Positions 36,967-49,992 of a stretch of DNA of 64,000 nt are shown here, in pieces. The notes under the pieces are model-generated. The model saw only the letters and a program-made list of their open reading frames with translations, ran no database searches and was not told where the DNA came from. Positions within the stretch are counted from its first letter, which is position 1; every line of letters begins with the position of its first letter. The position numbers and the translations under genes are program-made. Source of the stretch: Ginglymostoma cirratum (lineage: Eukaryota); NCBI GenBank assembly GCA_024137785.1, contig JAHRHZ010000139.1, forward strand, positions 47,128,652 to 47,192,651, in the 5' to 3' direction.

Positions 36967-37214
36967 TGCCAGGGACCCGGGTTTGATTCCACTGTCTGGC
37001 AACTGTCTGTATGGAGTTTGCACATTCTCCCCGTGTCTGCGTGGGTTTCCTCCCACAGTCCAAAGATGTGCAGGTTAGGTGGATTAGCGATGGAAATGTA
37101 AGGTTACAGGGATAGGGTAAGGGGGTGGGTCTGGGTGGGATGCCATTCGGAGGGTCAGTGTGGACTCGAAGAGCTGAATGGCCTGCTTCCACGCTGTAGG
37201 GATTCTATGATTCT
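36967..37214 (+). mobile_element. HE1-type SINE, 5'-truncated
   Basis: Closely similar to 25755-26040, including the GGGATTCTATGATTCT tail. Confidence 0.88.
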
Positions 37215-37959
37215 GTGTAGGGTTGATGACTGTGATTAAAAATATCCTAGAAAGTTTAATCACATGAACTGCCTTAATCCCAAGCCATGAGTTGGCCAAT
37301 TCTTGCACTGTTCTGATGCCCTGCCTTATTGGAAAGGAAAATGACTCCTCATTCAAAGTCTTTTATTGGGATCTTGCTGTGTACCAAATGGCTGCCTAAT
37401 TCTTGCTAGGTTGCAATGGACCCCCTCCCCGCTCCACCAGCACTTCAGATCAATTTGAACAGGGAGAAACCTACGAAGATCCATATTCCCCCCTGAATAA
37501 GTTATTTTCAGTCTGCCGTGCTGGTAATTATAACTGTGCAGGATTAAAGAATAACAGTGAAGAAGCTACTCATTGTCATCTGTTTCTTTTACGAGTGAGA
37601 TAGGAATTGGCAGATTTCCAAACTGCATGTAGTAACATATTTTGTTGATCTTTGGTTTCGTACTGCAGTGAACAATTCAACAAAACTTAATTTGAATTGC
37701 TGACTACAACAATTCTAGTATTTTGCAGTGTTCAAATTCCAGAATGACGAACAGAAGTAGCTTTGATAAACAATTCCTCTGACTAATTTAAAGCAGAGTG
37801 TGTCACAGTGTCCGACTGCAACTCTACCCCAGTAAGCAGTCAGTACAAAATGGAACATCTCTCTCCATTTCCTCATCATCAAAGACATGTCTCTGAAATG
37901 AGCAAAACTGACAGAATGTACTTTTCTGTCTGTGTTGTTGTTTCTGGTCTGTCCTTATT

Positions 37960-38370
37960 TTCAGTTGTCACGAGTGTGATGGAGTATCGCTCACCTGCCT
38001 GCATGAGTGTAGCTTCAACAACATTCTAGAAGCTCAGCATAATCGAGACACAGCAGCTAGCTTGATTGGCACCACATCCACCACCTTCAGCGTTCACTCT
38101 ATCCACCACTAGTACACAGTGGCAGTAGTGTGTACCATCCACAAGGTGCACTGCAGCAAATGACCAAGACTCCTTCAGTAGTACCTTCCAAACTCTACCA
38201 CCTAGAAGCACAAGGGCAGCTGACTTTAAGAACACACCCACTTGCAAGATCCCCTTCATGTCATATACTCCTTCCCTGTTGTTGGTCATAACCTGGAGCT
38301 CCCTCTCTGACAGCACTGTGGATATATCTACACTACACAGATTGCAGTGGTTCAAGAAGGCACCTTTTCA
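37960..38370 (+). mobile_element. CR1/L2-clade LINE 3' fragment
   Basis: Homologous to 27005-27420 (CTCACCTGCCTGCATGAGTGTAGCTTCAACAACA...GCAGTGGTTCAAGAAGGCA). Confidence 0.7.
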
Positions 38371-38394
38371 CAGGTACTTTGAAATTTGTTTGTG

Positions 38395-38835
38395 CTCGTG
38401 GCATATGGGTGTTGCTGTCTCGTCCAGCATTTAGTGACCATTCCCTGGCACTGAGTTGACTGCATTGCTTTGGGTCTGGAGTCACATGTAGGCCAGACCA
38501 GGTAAGGATGACAGATTTCCTTCCGGAAAGCATATTGATGAACCAATTTCTGAAGAAGGGTCGAGGCCTGAAACGCCAGCCTTCCTGCTCCTCTGATGCT
38601 GCTTGGCCTGCTGTGTTCATCCAGCTCTACACCTTGTTATCTTTGATGAACCAGATGATACTTTATGACAATCGCTGATAATTTCACCGCGGGGTGACTG
38701 AGATCACCTTTATGTTCCAAATTTATTAATTGAATTTAAATTGTACCAACTGTTGTGGTGGGATTTGAACCAGTATCTGCTGAGTATTAGCCTGGTCTTC
38801 TGGATTGCTAATCTGGTGACATTACCACAATGTCG
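38395..38835 (-). mobile_element. tRNA-derived SINE, interrupted by a Penelope-like insert
   Basis: Minus-strand head with B-box GGTTCAAATCCCACC (38757-38771); body shared with 21800-21989. Confidence 0.75.
38546..38642 (+). mobile_element. Penelope-like hammerhead fragment with 11-bp TSD
   Basis: TTGATGAACCA at 38535-38545 and 38643-38653 flanks ATTTCTGAAGAAGGGTCGAGGCCTGAAACGCC... Confidence 0.75.
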
Positions 38836-41039
38836 CACCTCCCTCCCCTAGACAAAAATCCTGACTTTACTCACATCCAGACTGTGAACAAATTTTTTTG
38901 GATTGTTTATATTTGAAGAGACTTTCACGGATGGTCAGAATTTTGTTGGAAGTCTTTCTGAAAATCTCATTAAGGGTTTAGTTGATGGATATTTTGTAAT
39001 GTCATATGCCAAAGAGCAACAGTGTGACTAGTGTATGTCCAAGGGCCAGGTGGGTTCAGCTACTCTCAGTGAATGCTTGCCAACATTGCATGGTTTGCCA
39101 TTAAACAATGGTTTCATTTCATGAGTTATTTTCTCCCCCAGCACCATTCATGATCTCTAGTCATCTTTTGAGCTCAGCTCTTGCTGCAGAAGCAAATTGG
39201 GCCCTGGCACATCAAACACTGTTTTGATGGTGTATTGTATCTGCTGACGGTGTAACACGCTTCTCACTGGCAACCGTGGTTCTTTGATGTCTGAACTTAG
39301 CACCTTTTAATAATGTTTCTGTATCACAACCAACAGTTCACGTTTCACCTGAGGACTTGTATATTTTGCACCTAGCTGGATTAATAAAGCATTGTTTGTA
39401 AAATATGGGTCAAGTATCAGAATACATGGTAGATTTGAGCTTTTGTGTGTATCCATGAAGCCAGGCTGTTGTTAGATATAGTGTTTGCGGAGATTAATCT
39501 CTGCTGTACCTCGCCCTGGTAACTATGCTACTTCTGCTGCAGAATATTGTTTGCGAGATGCTATAAATGGGTTCTACCAGTCCTAACAGTATTCGAAAAT
39601 GTGGAACGTTACACGCCTCAGTTCTTTTAACCGTTCTCTAATTCTAGATGCACATATTTAACCTAAAATACTATTGCTTCTCCAACTAAAACAGTTTTCT
39701 AATGTGTGCCATTTTCATGCTGTCCTCCAATTTTGTTCAGTCTTTAAGAAAAGTATTTCTGGTTTAGTAAGAGCTGTTGAGCAATGTCGATAGAATTCCA
39801 TCCTCGTTGTTTGATTTTGGTTTTAATGTAGTGTTCAGTAGTTCACGCTGAATCAGGTACTAGAGTTTGCCATATAACTGGGTAAAGAGGTGCAGTTCAG
39901 ATACTCCTACAAGGGCACTACATTAACATTTAGACAACATTAAATTCTCCCTTGCACCTCATTCCTTTTGAAATATTTCCCCAGGTATGATGTTATTGTC
40001 TTGTGTATTTAGTTTTTAATTCTGTCTACCACGTTAGTTATAAAGCCAGCAGTCTCTAGTTACCCTTGAGGAGGTGAGAGTGAGCTGCTGCCTTATGGTA
40101 GAAGGTACTTCCACAGTGTTGGCCTGGAATAGGCAAAATTACTCACTGGCAGTTGTGCTTTCCAGCAAACAACTGGTGATCGAAGCCATAACTTAAATTG
40201 TTTGAAAGCTGCACAACATCCAAAAAAAGACAAGGCTGAATTTAGAATTTCCCACTTTCTTCCCCCAAACATGCATCGCAAGCAGAGAAACTGTTTCCTG
40301 CGCCTTGTTTTAAGAATGAAGCCAGATTTGTGCTGAGCCTTTTGTGATCAACAAAAACTTATCTTCCTTTGTATTACTAAAAAGGAAGTCTTTATTTTGA
40401 AGTAGAATTTAATTGATTAACATTGTACATCAGAAAAAGTGCATGTGGTTTTTTTTTGTCCATGTGACAGCTATTAAGTAAAGCCCTTTTGGGGATTGTG
40501 TTTTTATAACTAAATTGCGCAATATTTATTTTGTGAATGTGGCAAGAGTTGAATGTTTTTGAGCATTGCTTTCAAACCAGATTATATTTTTGCTAGAATT
40601 GTTGAAAGAACGTTTTGAGGATGGCAGGCTTGCTCTTGGGAAGAGACATTATTTGAGTGTGCTCTGTAAGGGGTCCGTTACCACCAGAGGTTCCAGGGTA
40701 GGGAGCGAAGTACTGGACTGCAATGTGCTCATAGGAATCAGATTTCATCATAAAACAGGAGAGCCAACCTCAATCAATTTGGACCATGAGTTTTTGACCA
40801 GAGATTATCCTTTTCCAGTGACTGTGTTATAGAGCTGCGCTTCTCAATTGAGCCCAATGTAATTTACCGTTTCAGGGCTTCATCATTAGTTTCATTCCTG
40901 AGTTTAATCATCACAGCTATATTTTTGATTCAACTGTGTATCAAGTAGCAGGAGGACTCAGTGCAAGATTGGGGTTAGATGCCAAGGGAAAGAAGAGCTG
41001 TACTGGCAGATTATTCTTACAAAAGACAGGACATGAGTT

Positions 41040-41430
41040 AGGCAACTATTAGAAAATGATTTGTGTCCTCATAATGCAAAAGTCAGAGCAAGTTAGGGCA
41101 CTTTTCTGTAGAAAGGAGTGAAGTGAGGGAGAAGTAGAGTGGATGGAGTAAATGTAAAAGGAATATTTCTACTTGGGGAGTCCAAAACTAGGCATCATGA
41201 AGGTAGAATGAAGCCACTAAGACATTCAAGAGAAGCCTAACTCATTACCACAGAGAGCGGTTGAGGTGAATCACATGGATGTATTGTAGGGGAAGGTGGA
41301 GAAATGGAAAGAAGGATACACTAATGGCGATAGATGAAAGACTAGGGCAAGCTCATGTGGAGCGTAAACATTGGGATGGATCATTTCGGTGAAATGGGTT
41401 TGTTTCTGTATTGTAAAATTCTCTGTAAAG
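41040..41430 (+). mobile_element. old CR1 3' fragment
   Basis: GGGGAGTCCAAAACTAGG, GCTCATGTGGAGCGTAAACA and TGTTTCTGTATTGTAAAATTCT resemble CR1 3' ends elsewhere in the window. Confidence 0.55.
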
Positions 41431-44400
41431 ACTAACCTTTCTTCCTCCATTTCTACTCCGATAAAGTGATGGCTGATTCCTTTGTATCATTTTACCGTTT
41501 CTGTAACGTGAAGTGAGGCAATTGATTGTATCAAAGTTTTTGAAGGTGGAAAAAAATCTACCAAACAATGCTAACTCACTAAAAGCAAAGACCACATCAA
41601 TGTAGATCAATCCCTGCCTTTCAGGATCTGTTGTTTTTCAAGTTTTCTTTCTATTTAGAAGCTTGCATTGATTGATTTCACAGGCAAGAATGATTTATTT
41701 CTATCCAATTTTATATACGTACTGAACCTGTTACTGTCGCTATTCATGAAATGTCAATGCAAAAAGAGAATTATAGTGCAACGTGACAAGGACACAGCTG
41801 TTGCTGTGTAGTTAAGTTCAAGCGGCAACAAAATAACAGTTGCAAGGACCGGTAGAACAGTAATTTTCACCAAACGGAGAGCTTTGTTGCTAATATTCAG
41901 CAAGAGCTTAAAAAAAACAAAATAATGATATGATGTGTACTGTCAGCATTCTTCGTGTAATGGCTAGTAGAGGGAAAGTTTACGACTGTGGAGAATTTAA
42001 TGAGTGTTTGTGCTATTTCTGTGAAGTAATATATCATGTTTGTTCAGCTGCTGTCACGGTTAGCTGCACAACCGGAAAAATTGATGTTTTGTTTATTCCC
42101 CAACCACTCCCCACCTCTCTCTCTCTCTCTCCACCCCTGCTCCAAATTCCACCACTGCTCTGTGTAATGTTAAAGTAAAACATCATGTCTCAATGAAGGA
42201 AATATCAGGAGTTGAAATCAATTCAGATTCTGTGTTTGCACCTTTGTGAAGGATGTCACTTTTTGATTCCCTGTAACTCACTACATTTGGAATGTAAGAC
42301 TGTGACAAATTCTTTAAAAGAAACTAGAGAAAGAGAGATGCATGCGTAAAATGAATCTCAACCCTTTTGGAATTGTTCTGCTGTTGTTTCCATTGTAACC
42401 TGGCCAATTAGTGTTTAGACTGTTTCCTTCAGTTTCTCAACAAAAAAATGTTTAGCAGAAGCAGAAAAAAAGTTATGTTCACATTCACTTAGAAATCAAG
42501 ACAAAAACTTTATCTCTTTTTAAAAAAAAACTCAGGATGAGTCTGGATTTGCAACTTGGACATCTAAAAACATGAAGTTTTCTTCCCCCTCAAACATCCC
42601 ACCAACTCCCACCCCAAAACCATGACGTGTTTTTATTCAGGGGAAAACCTTCCCAAGTGGATTAATTGGTCCTGATATTTGGAGTAAATTAGCCATCAGT
42701 ACCAAATCTAATAAGTAGAATGAGGCCATCTGTGAAATGGCCCACTTATGTTGCTGTAAGACTTTATTCTGAACCTAATGCAGGGGAAAATAGTCAGGAT
42801 TAATGGTACATGAATGTTTTGTACATTTAAAGCAGTTGGCTCAGGGCTGGTTAAGTTCAATCCTGAGAGCATTGCACTGTTTGTACTTCGTGACTTTTCC
42901 CTTTGTATTGGTGGCGAGTCTTCTGTTCTAACCTGTCTCAGAAGCAGTAGCAGATTGGTCCGGATGTCAAAAACAACACTGATCGCCTGGAACAAGCAAA
43001 TCGTGTGTTTTGATTCTGATTTTTACCTTAGTCATGACTGTACAGATACAAGGAACATTTAATTCTAGATTTCCTGCTGCTGGCAGAAGGCCTCCAGCCC
43101 AGCTGTGCTCAATGTATTTTTACTCTTGTCTCACTGCCAGCTTCTGAGCTCTGTGAAAAATAAAATAAAATTAAATGTTTCACGTTCCAGCTGAACTGTT
43201 AAGAGATTTAAAAGGGAAGCTCCAACCATGGGCGCCTGATTTGCTAACCCTGACATATGAGCAACCTTTCATTTTGAAGATGGCCCTGAATTTCAAAAGG
43301 AAAAAAGGGCGAGAGACATTTTCAGAAATCTCCATACATGGGAAAGAATGTTGGATCATCCGTCTTGTCGAGTCTCATCCCACTGAATTGAAGATTCCCA
43401 GTCTGGCCCACATTTGGCTCAATATTAAAAATGTTTACATGTTGCATACATTTTTATGATATGATCTCTAATTAATTACAAGTGTAATTGTTTCCAAAAA
43501 GGCTGGCTATTCTGTGGTATGAAGGGCAGAGGGAATGCAGAGAGCCTTCTGTAGGGATTGACTTTCTGCAATTTTGCAGGATTGCTATTATTCGGTGAGG
43601 CCATTTGACTCCAGTGTTTATTTGTGAGCTTTCTTTAATATCCTGCAGAACAAAGTTCCACATTTAGCTGTTTTGTGTTGTTCTCCCATCACTTCCTTTT
43701 TAGCCATTAGATTTTCCAAGTGAGCAATGGGTTGTACACCGTACAGGAGAGCATTAGAAGCTATTTTCCTGCTTTTGTATTGTACATTAAATGAACTTAA
43801 AGTCAGCCACATTACTATCTAGTGCAATAATGTGATATTCATTATGTAAATGTTACTGTAACATTACTGCAGGGACCAGGAATTTAGCCGATCCTCATTA
43901 TTCTGGTATTGGTGTGCGCTTTCTGTGTCCAGAGAACTTTTTCCAGCTTTAGCAGCTGTAACATATTTAAGCATTCCTTGTAACGGCATCTAATGATAAA
44001 TATACCCCGTGGTCTAGAACTGAAGCATTATCGTTGGCAAACTGCCATTGCATTGGCAGTAAGAGCTTGCTCATGCCCCTTCCACACAGGGAATGTACAC
44101 TCTGATAATATCTGTGCTCTGAAAATGAAATATTTGCAGAATGCCGTGGTTAGTTTTCATGTTGTCATTGTGATCGATGCTTGGATGCAGTGTTGTTGCA
44201 ATGTTTCATTTCACTGCATGCTGTTTAATGTCACAATGGATTTGTGACTGACTGCTTGGAATACCAGCTCGTATTTAAAACCGTTTCAATTGAGCTTTAA
44301 TCCCCATAAAGACCCGTTAATGATCAACATCCTCACATACTGAGCAGAAATTCTACTACGTCTCTTACCCCCACCACCCCCACATCTTTGTTACGTGTTT

Positions 44401-44720
44401 CTTCCTTTCCCCTGAGTTGAGAAAGACCAAAGAAGAATCTGTCTTGTGGTCTTGAATGTTGATTTTTCACCATCATTTTGCCTCCCATTGACCAAAAGCA
44501 GGAAAACCACAGAGAATGCAAAGTATTTTCCGAGGCCTGTCTGCTTGCTGCTGTCTGGTGTGTTTCTCTGTCTGAACTGCATCTTCTCCTCACCACCCCA
44601 AATCTTGGGAATCCCTTTTGCTTTTACAGACGGTGACCTAGCATTTAGTAAGGACTGTGGGCTGGCTGTATGTTCGCCAAGTCTCTCTCTCTCACCACGT
44701 CTGTTTCATGACTGTTTCAG

Positions 44721-44919
44721 GCTGATCCTGCCGTATGAAAGATATATCAAAGGGGAGGAGGACAAGCCTTTGCCTCCAGTCAAGCCTCGGAAGCAGGAGA
44801 GCAGCCCTCCAGAGAGTGAGAGCAAGGTGAGGGCAGCTGCAGCCAAACGGAAGATGGAACCAAACCGAAAAGTGAAAAGAGACCGAGACGTTGTTCAGAA
44901 AGTGAAAGAATGTTCTGAG
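44721..44919 (+). CDS. ARID5B: ARID5B exon 9: (R)LILPYERYIKGEEDKPLPPVKPRKQE...VKECSE (end of ARID domain)
   Basis: Acceptor CTGTTTCAG, donor GAG|GTTAGT, 199 nt (phase 2 to 0); matches human RLILPYERFIKGEEDKPLPPIKPRKQE. Confidence 0.96.
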
Positions 44920-45629
44920 GTTAGTGCTGCTTTCTCTAAATCTGCTTAAGATCTAAGCAGTAGATGTGCTTCACCTCACTAAGACTTTCTGACTGGGAGA
45001 AATTACAGCTGGGACTTTGCCATTCATTTTATTTCCAGTGAGCTTGCTGACTGCATCATACAAATGCAGCTAAACTGCAGCTACTTTCTGAATGTTTTTA
45101 CATCACATACTCGACATACATTCTTGTTTGATCATAAGAACATTCAGCATATAAGTTGAATACTTTGCCAGTCTTCCCCTTTGGTTTCAGAACAGATAGC
45201 AAAAAAAGAAAGGCTCAGAATCTGTGTTGCTCCATGTTAGTGCCAGGCTGTGTGCTGTATTCTGTGGCTTCATGCGTACTGTAGGTGTCTGAGACAATCA
45301 GTGCTGTGCAGGGATTCTGTGCGTGGTTTTTGCGCCTGTCCCACAGTGCAGTCTCTCAGAGCGGGCAAGAAGGGGCAGCTGTCGGAGTAGGGAGGGACGG
45401 GGGCTCTTGGAGAGGACGGAGTACTTTTGGAGTGAGAGGGGTGGGCGGACTCATGGACCGAGGGCTGACTTGAAGGAGGGGGAGGGGGTGGGGAGAGTGG
45501 AGTCCCGTCGGAGCAATGGGATGGAGGACTCGTGAAGCTGGGGCTCTTGGAGCGAGGATTGAGGGGGTTTCACGGAATGGGGTCTTTCAGAGCGAGGGGG
45601 TTTGCTGACTGAGTGGAGGGTGGGGATGC

Positions 45630-45750
45630 TCAGAGTGGGGCCTCCCAGAGTGAGGAGTGATGGGGTGGGGAGTGGGGCCNNNNNNNNNNGAGTGGGGCCT
45701 CCCAGAGTGAGGAGTGATGGGGTGGGGAGTGGGGCCTCCCAGAGTGAGGG
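45630..45750. repeat. G-rich 37-bp tandem repeat spanning a 10-N assembly gap (45680-45689)
   Basis: GAGTGGGGCCTCCCAGAGTGAGGAGTGATGGGGTGGG occurs on both sides of the gap; true copy number is unknown. Confidence 0.85.
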
Positions 45751-47582
45751 GCTCTCGGATCAGGGAGTGGTGTGGGGGCTTTCAGAATGGGGGCAGTGGG
45801 AGCTCGGTGTGTGCAGTTTAATGCGCACAATTGTGAGGATTTTGTTAGTGCCCCTTCTGAATCACTGACTCTGTGCAGATTCTCCAGACAGTTTGCCATG
45901 TACCATTGCCTGTGTATTAGCAGAATTCACCTACTCTTGTCATTTGTGACATTGCCCTGCAGTTTGGTGACTGCCATCACCATCCAGTTTGCCATGAAGC
46001 ACAGTCGTAAAGTTTGTGAGCTGCTGCAGGTGGAATTCTCAGGGTGTCAAGTTTGAGTGCGTCTCCCTGTCTGTGCCATGCTTGTAGTTCTATTGTGGGA
46101 CACCATTCCCAGGCTGATTCCACAGCAATAGGTGATGATTGTGTAATTAGCTTTCCTGATGCTAGAGTTGTTCTGAATTTACACTGTGCTGGAGGTATCT
46201 CAGTGAAATCATTTGGATTTTCCTCTAATGGATGACCAGACGGAGAACCTTCTCTAATTGTGAAGGTACATTTGGGAAGGTGGAGTTTCCGCTTCGGAAG
46301 ACTTGAGGATAAAGGGCAAAAGGAATATTCAAGGATATGGGGCAAGTGCAGGAAATTGGGATTAGCGCACCTTTAGTGCTCGTTGGTGCAGACTCGATGG
46401 GCCAAAGGGTCATTTCCGTGTTGTATGACTCTGAATCTATGAATGTCCTTATGTTTCCGTCTGAGCAGTGAGATGTTCCTACTTCGTGGTTTGCCTGAGA
46501 GCTGACAAATAAAACAACTGCTGGTGTTGCATGTTCAGCTCTTGATTTAGATGGTTAGAGTCCTTTTTCATTGAGAGCCTTGTCGATGGTCAGAGATCAT
46601 CCCTATTGGTGTTCACAAGAAGCAACATCCAAAAATGTGCCCCTCTCCCCCTCCCAGTCTCGTACATCACCCTGGCAGAGGTCACTTCCATCATTGGCTT
46701 CAGCAGAAAACATGCTTTCCTCTCCTGGTTAGAAATCTGGGGAGCATCCTCGGAAGTAATTGCTCTGGGTGCAATTACAGTCTCTCCACCGCTACCAGGT
46801 AACTCAAACAATTCAGTATTTCTGAATTTGAGGAATTGAGGCCTGGTGAGTCTGGGGTGAGTTAAAATGGAACCCACCACCGTACAGTGGTTCAATACAA
46901 ACGGAAGGTTTGAGCACCATTTGGGAAATGTAGCCTTCCGCTGAAGATGATGTACCCTCTGAAGCCGATACCTAATTGGAGTTAGGTTTGTGATTAATAA
47001 ACATTGCCAGTGCTAGATTTTACCATTGCTGACACTGGCCTGGCTGGAGAGGGCTGTGTTAGTGACTTTGGGTCACATTTCCAGACCACCCCAGGGTGGA
47101 AGATGACCGGGAGGGCTGGCAGTGACTTGAGTTTATTTTTTGGGGAACAGGCTTGCACGGTCACTTTTAAGGACTTCTGATCAGGCTGCTTGATTCCTGG
47201 CATGACCAGGACAAGCCCTGGCAATCTGCATTGGAGTCTTTCAGTTGAGGGCTTTCCCAACCCCATCATCACCCTGCGCACCCATTTTCCAGGGACCCAG
47301 TGTTGGCTATGTGTTGAATTTCTGCATTTGTTATTGTCCTCATGCCAACTTGCAGGTGATCCACCCTGTCCAGTTCTAGTACAATGCCACTGATGCCAGG
47401 AGCTTTTTTTTCTGCTTGTCGGCAAGCTCCTGCTGTCTGGTGACGAGTGGCTAAGAATTGGATTGCAAAGTTTTCACCTTCCTCCTCTACATTGGGAAAA
47501 GTGAAAACATCTTAAAACAATTTTACACTTACTGCTCACGTGACTAAAGTCAGAATGGTGACGGTCAGGTTGTCTGAGGCTT

Positions 47583-47887
47583 GGTGGCTCAGTGGTTAGC
47601 ACTGCTGCTTCACAGCGCCAGGGACCCGGGTTCAGTTCCACCCTCGGGCAACTGTCTGTGTGCAGTTTGTACATTCTCCCCGTGTCTGCGTGGGTTTCCT
47701 CCCACAGTCCAAAGATGTGCAGGCTAGGTGGATTGGCCATGGGAAATTGCCTGTAGTGTTCAGGGATGTGTAGATTAGGTGAGTTATAGGGGGATGGGTC
47801 TGGGTGGGATGCTCTGAGGGTCAGTGTAGACTTGTTGGGCCAAAGGGCCTGTTTCCACACTGTAGGGATTCTATGATGATTCTGTGA
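47583..47887 (+). mobile_element. HE1-type SINE
   Basis: GGTGGCTCAGTGGTTAGCACTGCTG head, V-domain, and CTGTAGGGATTCTATGA tail; close paralog of 25712-26041. Confidence 0.9.
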
Positions 47888-48654
47888 CATGTGCATTCAC
47901 CTGCATCTGAAGGCATCGTTCTCAATGTGGACTGGCTACCAGTGGGCACTGTTTGAGAGTGGCAAAGCACAGCTTGTGAGATCACTTCTCACCGTATAGG
48001 GTTAGGTGTTTGCTCTTATACTTAAGGAATGGAGAGAAGTTCATTGCTGGAAATAATTGCATACTGCAGCAACCCAAATAAAATACGACACAGAGAGAGG
48101 TACCAAGAATGTACACTACAGATGTTAAACATGCCCAGATTTGTGCAATGCACACATACGTTACTGACACGTCTGGACTTCCTCACATTAAACATTAGCT
48201 CCTGTTTAAACATAGTTGAATGTTGTATCACTTTCAGTTAATTCATATCAGATCTAGAGAGAGTTGTTTTCCAGGCAGAAACAGAGGTGACTGTTTAACA
48301 TTGTGGAATATTCCTCAGCACTCTGTAGTTTGCTCATCTGTCTGGTATTTTTCATGCAATTCCATAGGCCCCTGAGAGACAATAATATTTGATTGAAGTG
48401 GGATCACAACTTGACCCCCCCCTTGCCATTTTAACTTGGCAGCAAAAAACGAGACCTGAAACCTGTGCAAAGTCGAAAACTGTAATAATATTTGTAACAT
48501 TACCACCACTTTATGTTTTCCTGAATACTTCTTTGGAGCTTAAGAAGGAAGGTGATGTTTTAAATTTTATGGGGGTCTCCTGCTGTCTTGAGAAATTCTC
48601 ATTTCTTGCAGTTGACACATGACTTGTATCTCTGTGGCAGAGCTTTATTAAGCA

Positions 48655-48850
48655 AATCAGAAACATAACATACAAGAAATTCTCAGCAAGTCTAGCAGCA
48701 CAAACAGAGAGAGAATCCAAGTTAATGTTTCAAGTCAGTGATCTGTCGTCAGAACATTGGGTCATTGACCCAAGACTTTACCTCTGTTTCTCTCTCTGCA
48801 GATGCTGAGTGTTTCCAGATTTGTAGCATCTACAGTATTTTGCTTTTGTT
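48655..48850. mobile_element. palindromic Penelope-like short element, degraded
   Basis: Minus-strand core CTGACGA-CAGATCACTGACTT-GAAACATTA (48722-48752); inverted arms CAGAGAGAGAA / TTCTCTCTCTG; ends CATCTACAGTATTTTGCTTTT. Confidence 0.6.
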
Positions 48851-49636
48851 TTAACAATTCTGTTTTAATAACAGGTTTTCCTTTGGGAAAAACAGGTCAT
48901 AAAGATTTAATTCCATCAGGGGATATGCTACATTAAAAATAAAATTTTGTCCAAATCCTAGCTCTTGCTCCCCAGCACCCCCAATATTGACTTATTGATT
49001 AAACCGAAGGTGTCTGACCCTTTCTGTTGTAATATTACCCAACAAGGAACTTTTTCGTGGGAATTAAGCTACTGTTAACAAGACTGTGGGGCACTTTCAG
49101 CCTCGTACAGTTCTGTGAAAACTGAAAGCCCGACGCAGCAGTGTGCGTTTGTGTAGCTCTGTAAGCAGTGAAACTTTCCAAGGCACTTCTCAGAAAGGTC
49201 ATTGGGCCAAATTTGACACAGTGAGTCTTCTTATCAATGAGCTAAGCTTCAAGCACATCGCTCCTCAGGCAGGTGGGATGGAACTGAGTCCAAATTCCTC
49301 CATGGTTCCCTCCTGTATTTCTGTAACCCCCTCCATGATCAATAAAGTCTGCATTCTTTCCGTGATGGTCTCTTGAGCTCGCCTGATTAGCCCCTCTGTA
49401 CCTAACTGTGCCTTAAGTCATTTCGGACCTGACTCTGGAATGGACTCCTTAAACTTACGCCCCTTGCTCTCTTCCCTTAAGACATTTATTAGTAATAGCC
49501 TCTATGCCTGAGTCATGTTGTAATATTGCCTTTTCTGACTCGGTGTCAGATTTGACCCATTTACCACCCTGGGAATTGTCATGAGATGTTTCACTGCTGC
49601 ATGTGCTGCATATGTTACACAAACGCGCACTTTATA

Positions 49637-49992
49637 GAATCAGAGTTATACAGCGCGGAAACAGAACCTTCGGTCCAACCTGTCCATGTCGACCAGTTAT
49701 CCTAAACTGATCTAGTCCCATTGGCCAGCGTTTAGCCCGTATCCTCTAAACCCTTCCTATTCATATACTCATTTCGGTGCCTATTAAAATGTTGTAATTG
49801 TACCAACCTCCACCATCACCTCTGGCAGCTCGTTCCATACATACAGCACCCTCTGTGTGAAAACATTGCCCATCAGGTCCCTTTCAAATCTTTCCCTCTC
49901 ACCTTAAACCTATGCCCTCAAGTTTTGGACTCCCCCACTCCAGGGAAAAGACCTTGGCTATTCACCCTATCCATGCCCCTCGTGATTTTATA
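49637..49992 (-). mobile_element. CR1 3' fragment
   Basis: Reverse complement of 34440-34790 (GGAAACAGAACCTTCGGTCCAAC...TTTTGGACTCCCCCACTC). Confidence 0.88.

Noticed and set aside
44446-44720. In-frame 5' extension of exon 9 in the ORF track
   Set aside because: Non-ATG start, no homology, and it contains the polypyrimidine tract; it is intronic.
19104-44919. Assignment to ARID5A instead of ARID5B
   Set aside because: Diagnostic residues (IPYLGFKQINLWTMFQAAQ, ITARRQWK, long C-terminal exon ending HPSTKL) match ARID5B.
45680-45689. Duplicated sequence either side of the N run as a biological duplication
   Set aside because: It may be overlapping contig ends at an assembly gap; copy number cannot be determined.
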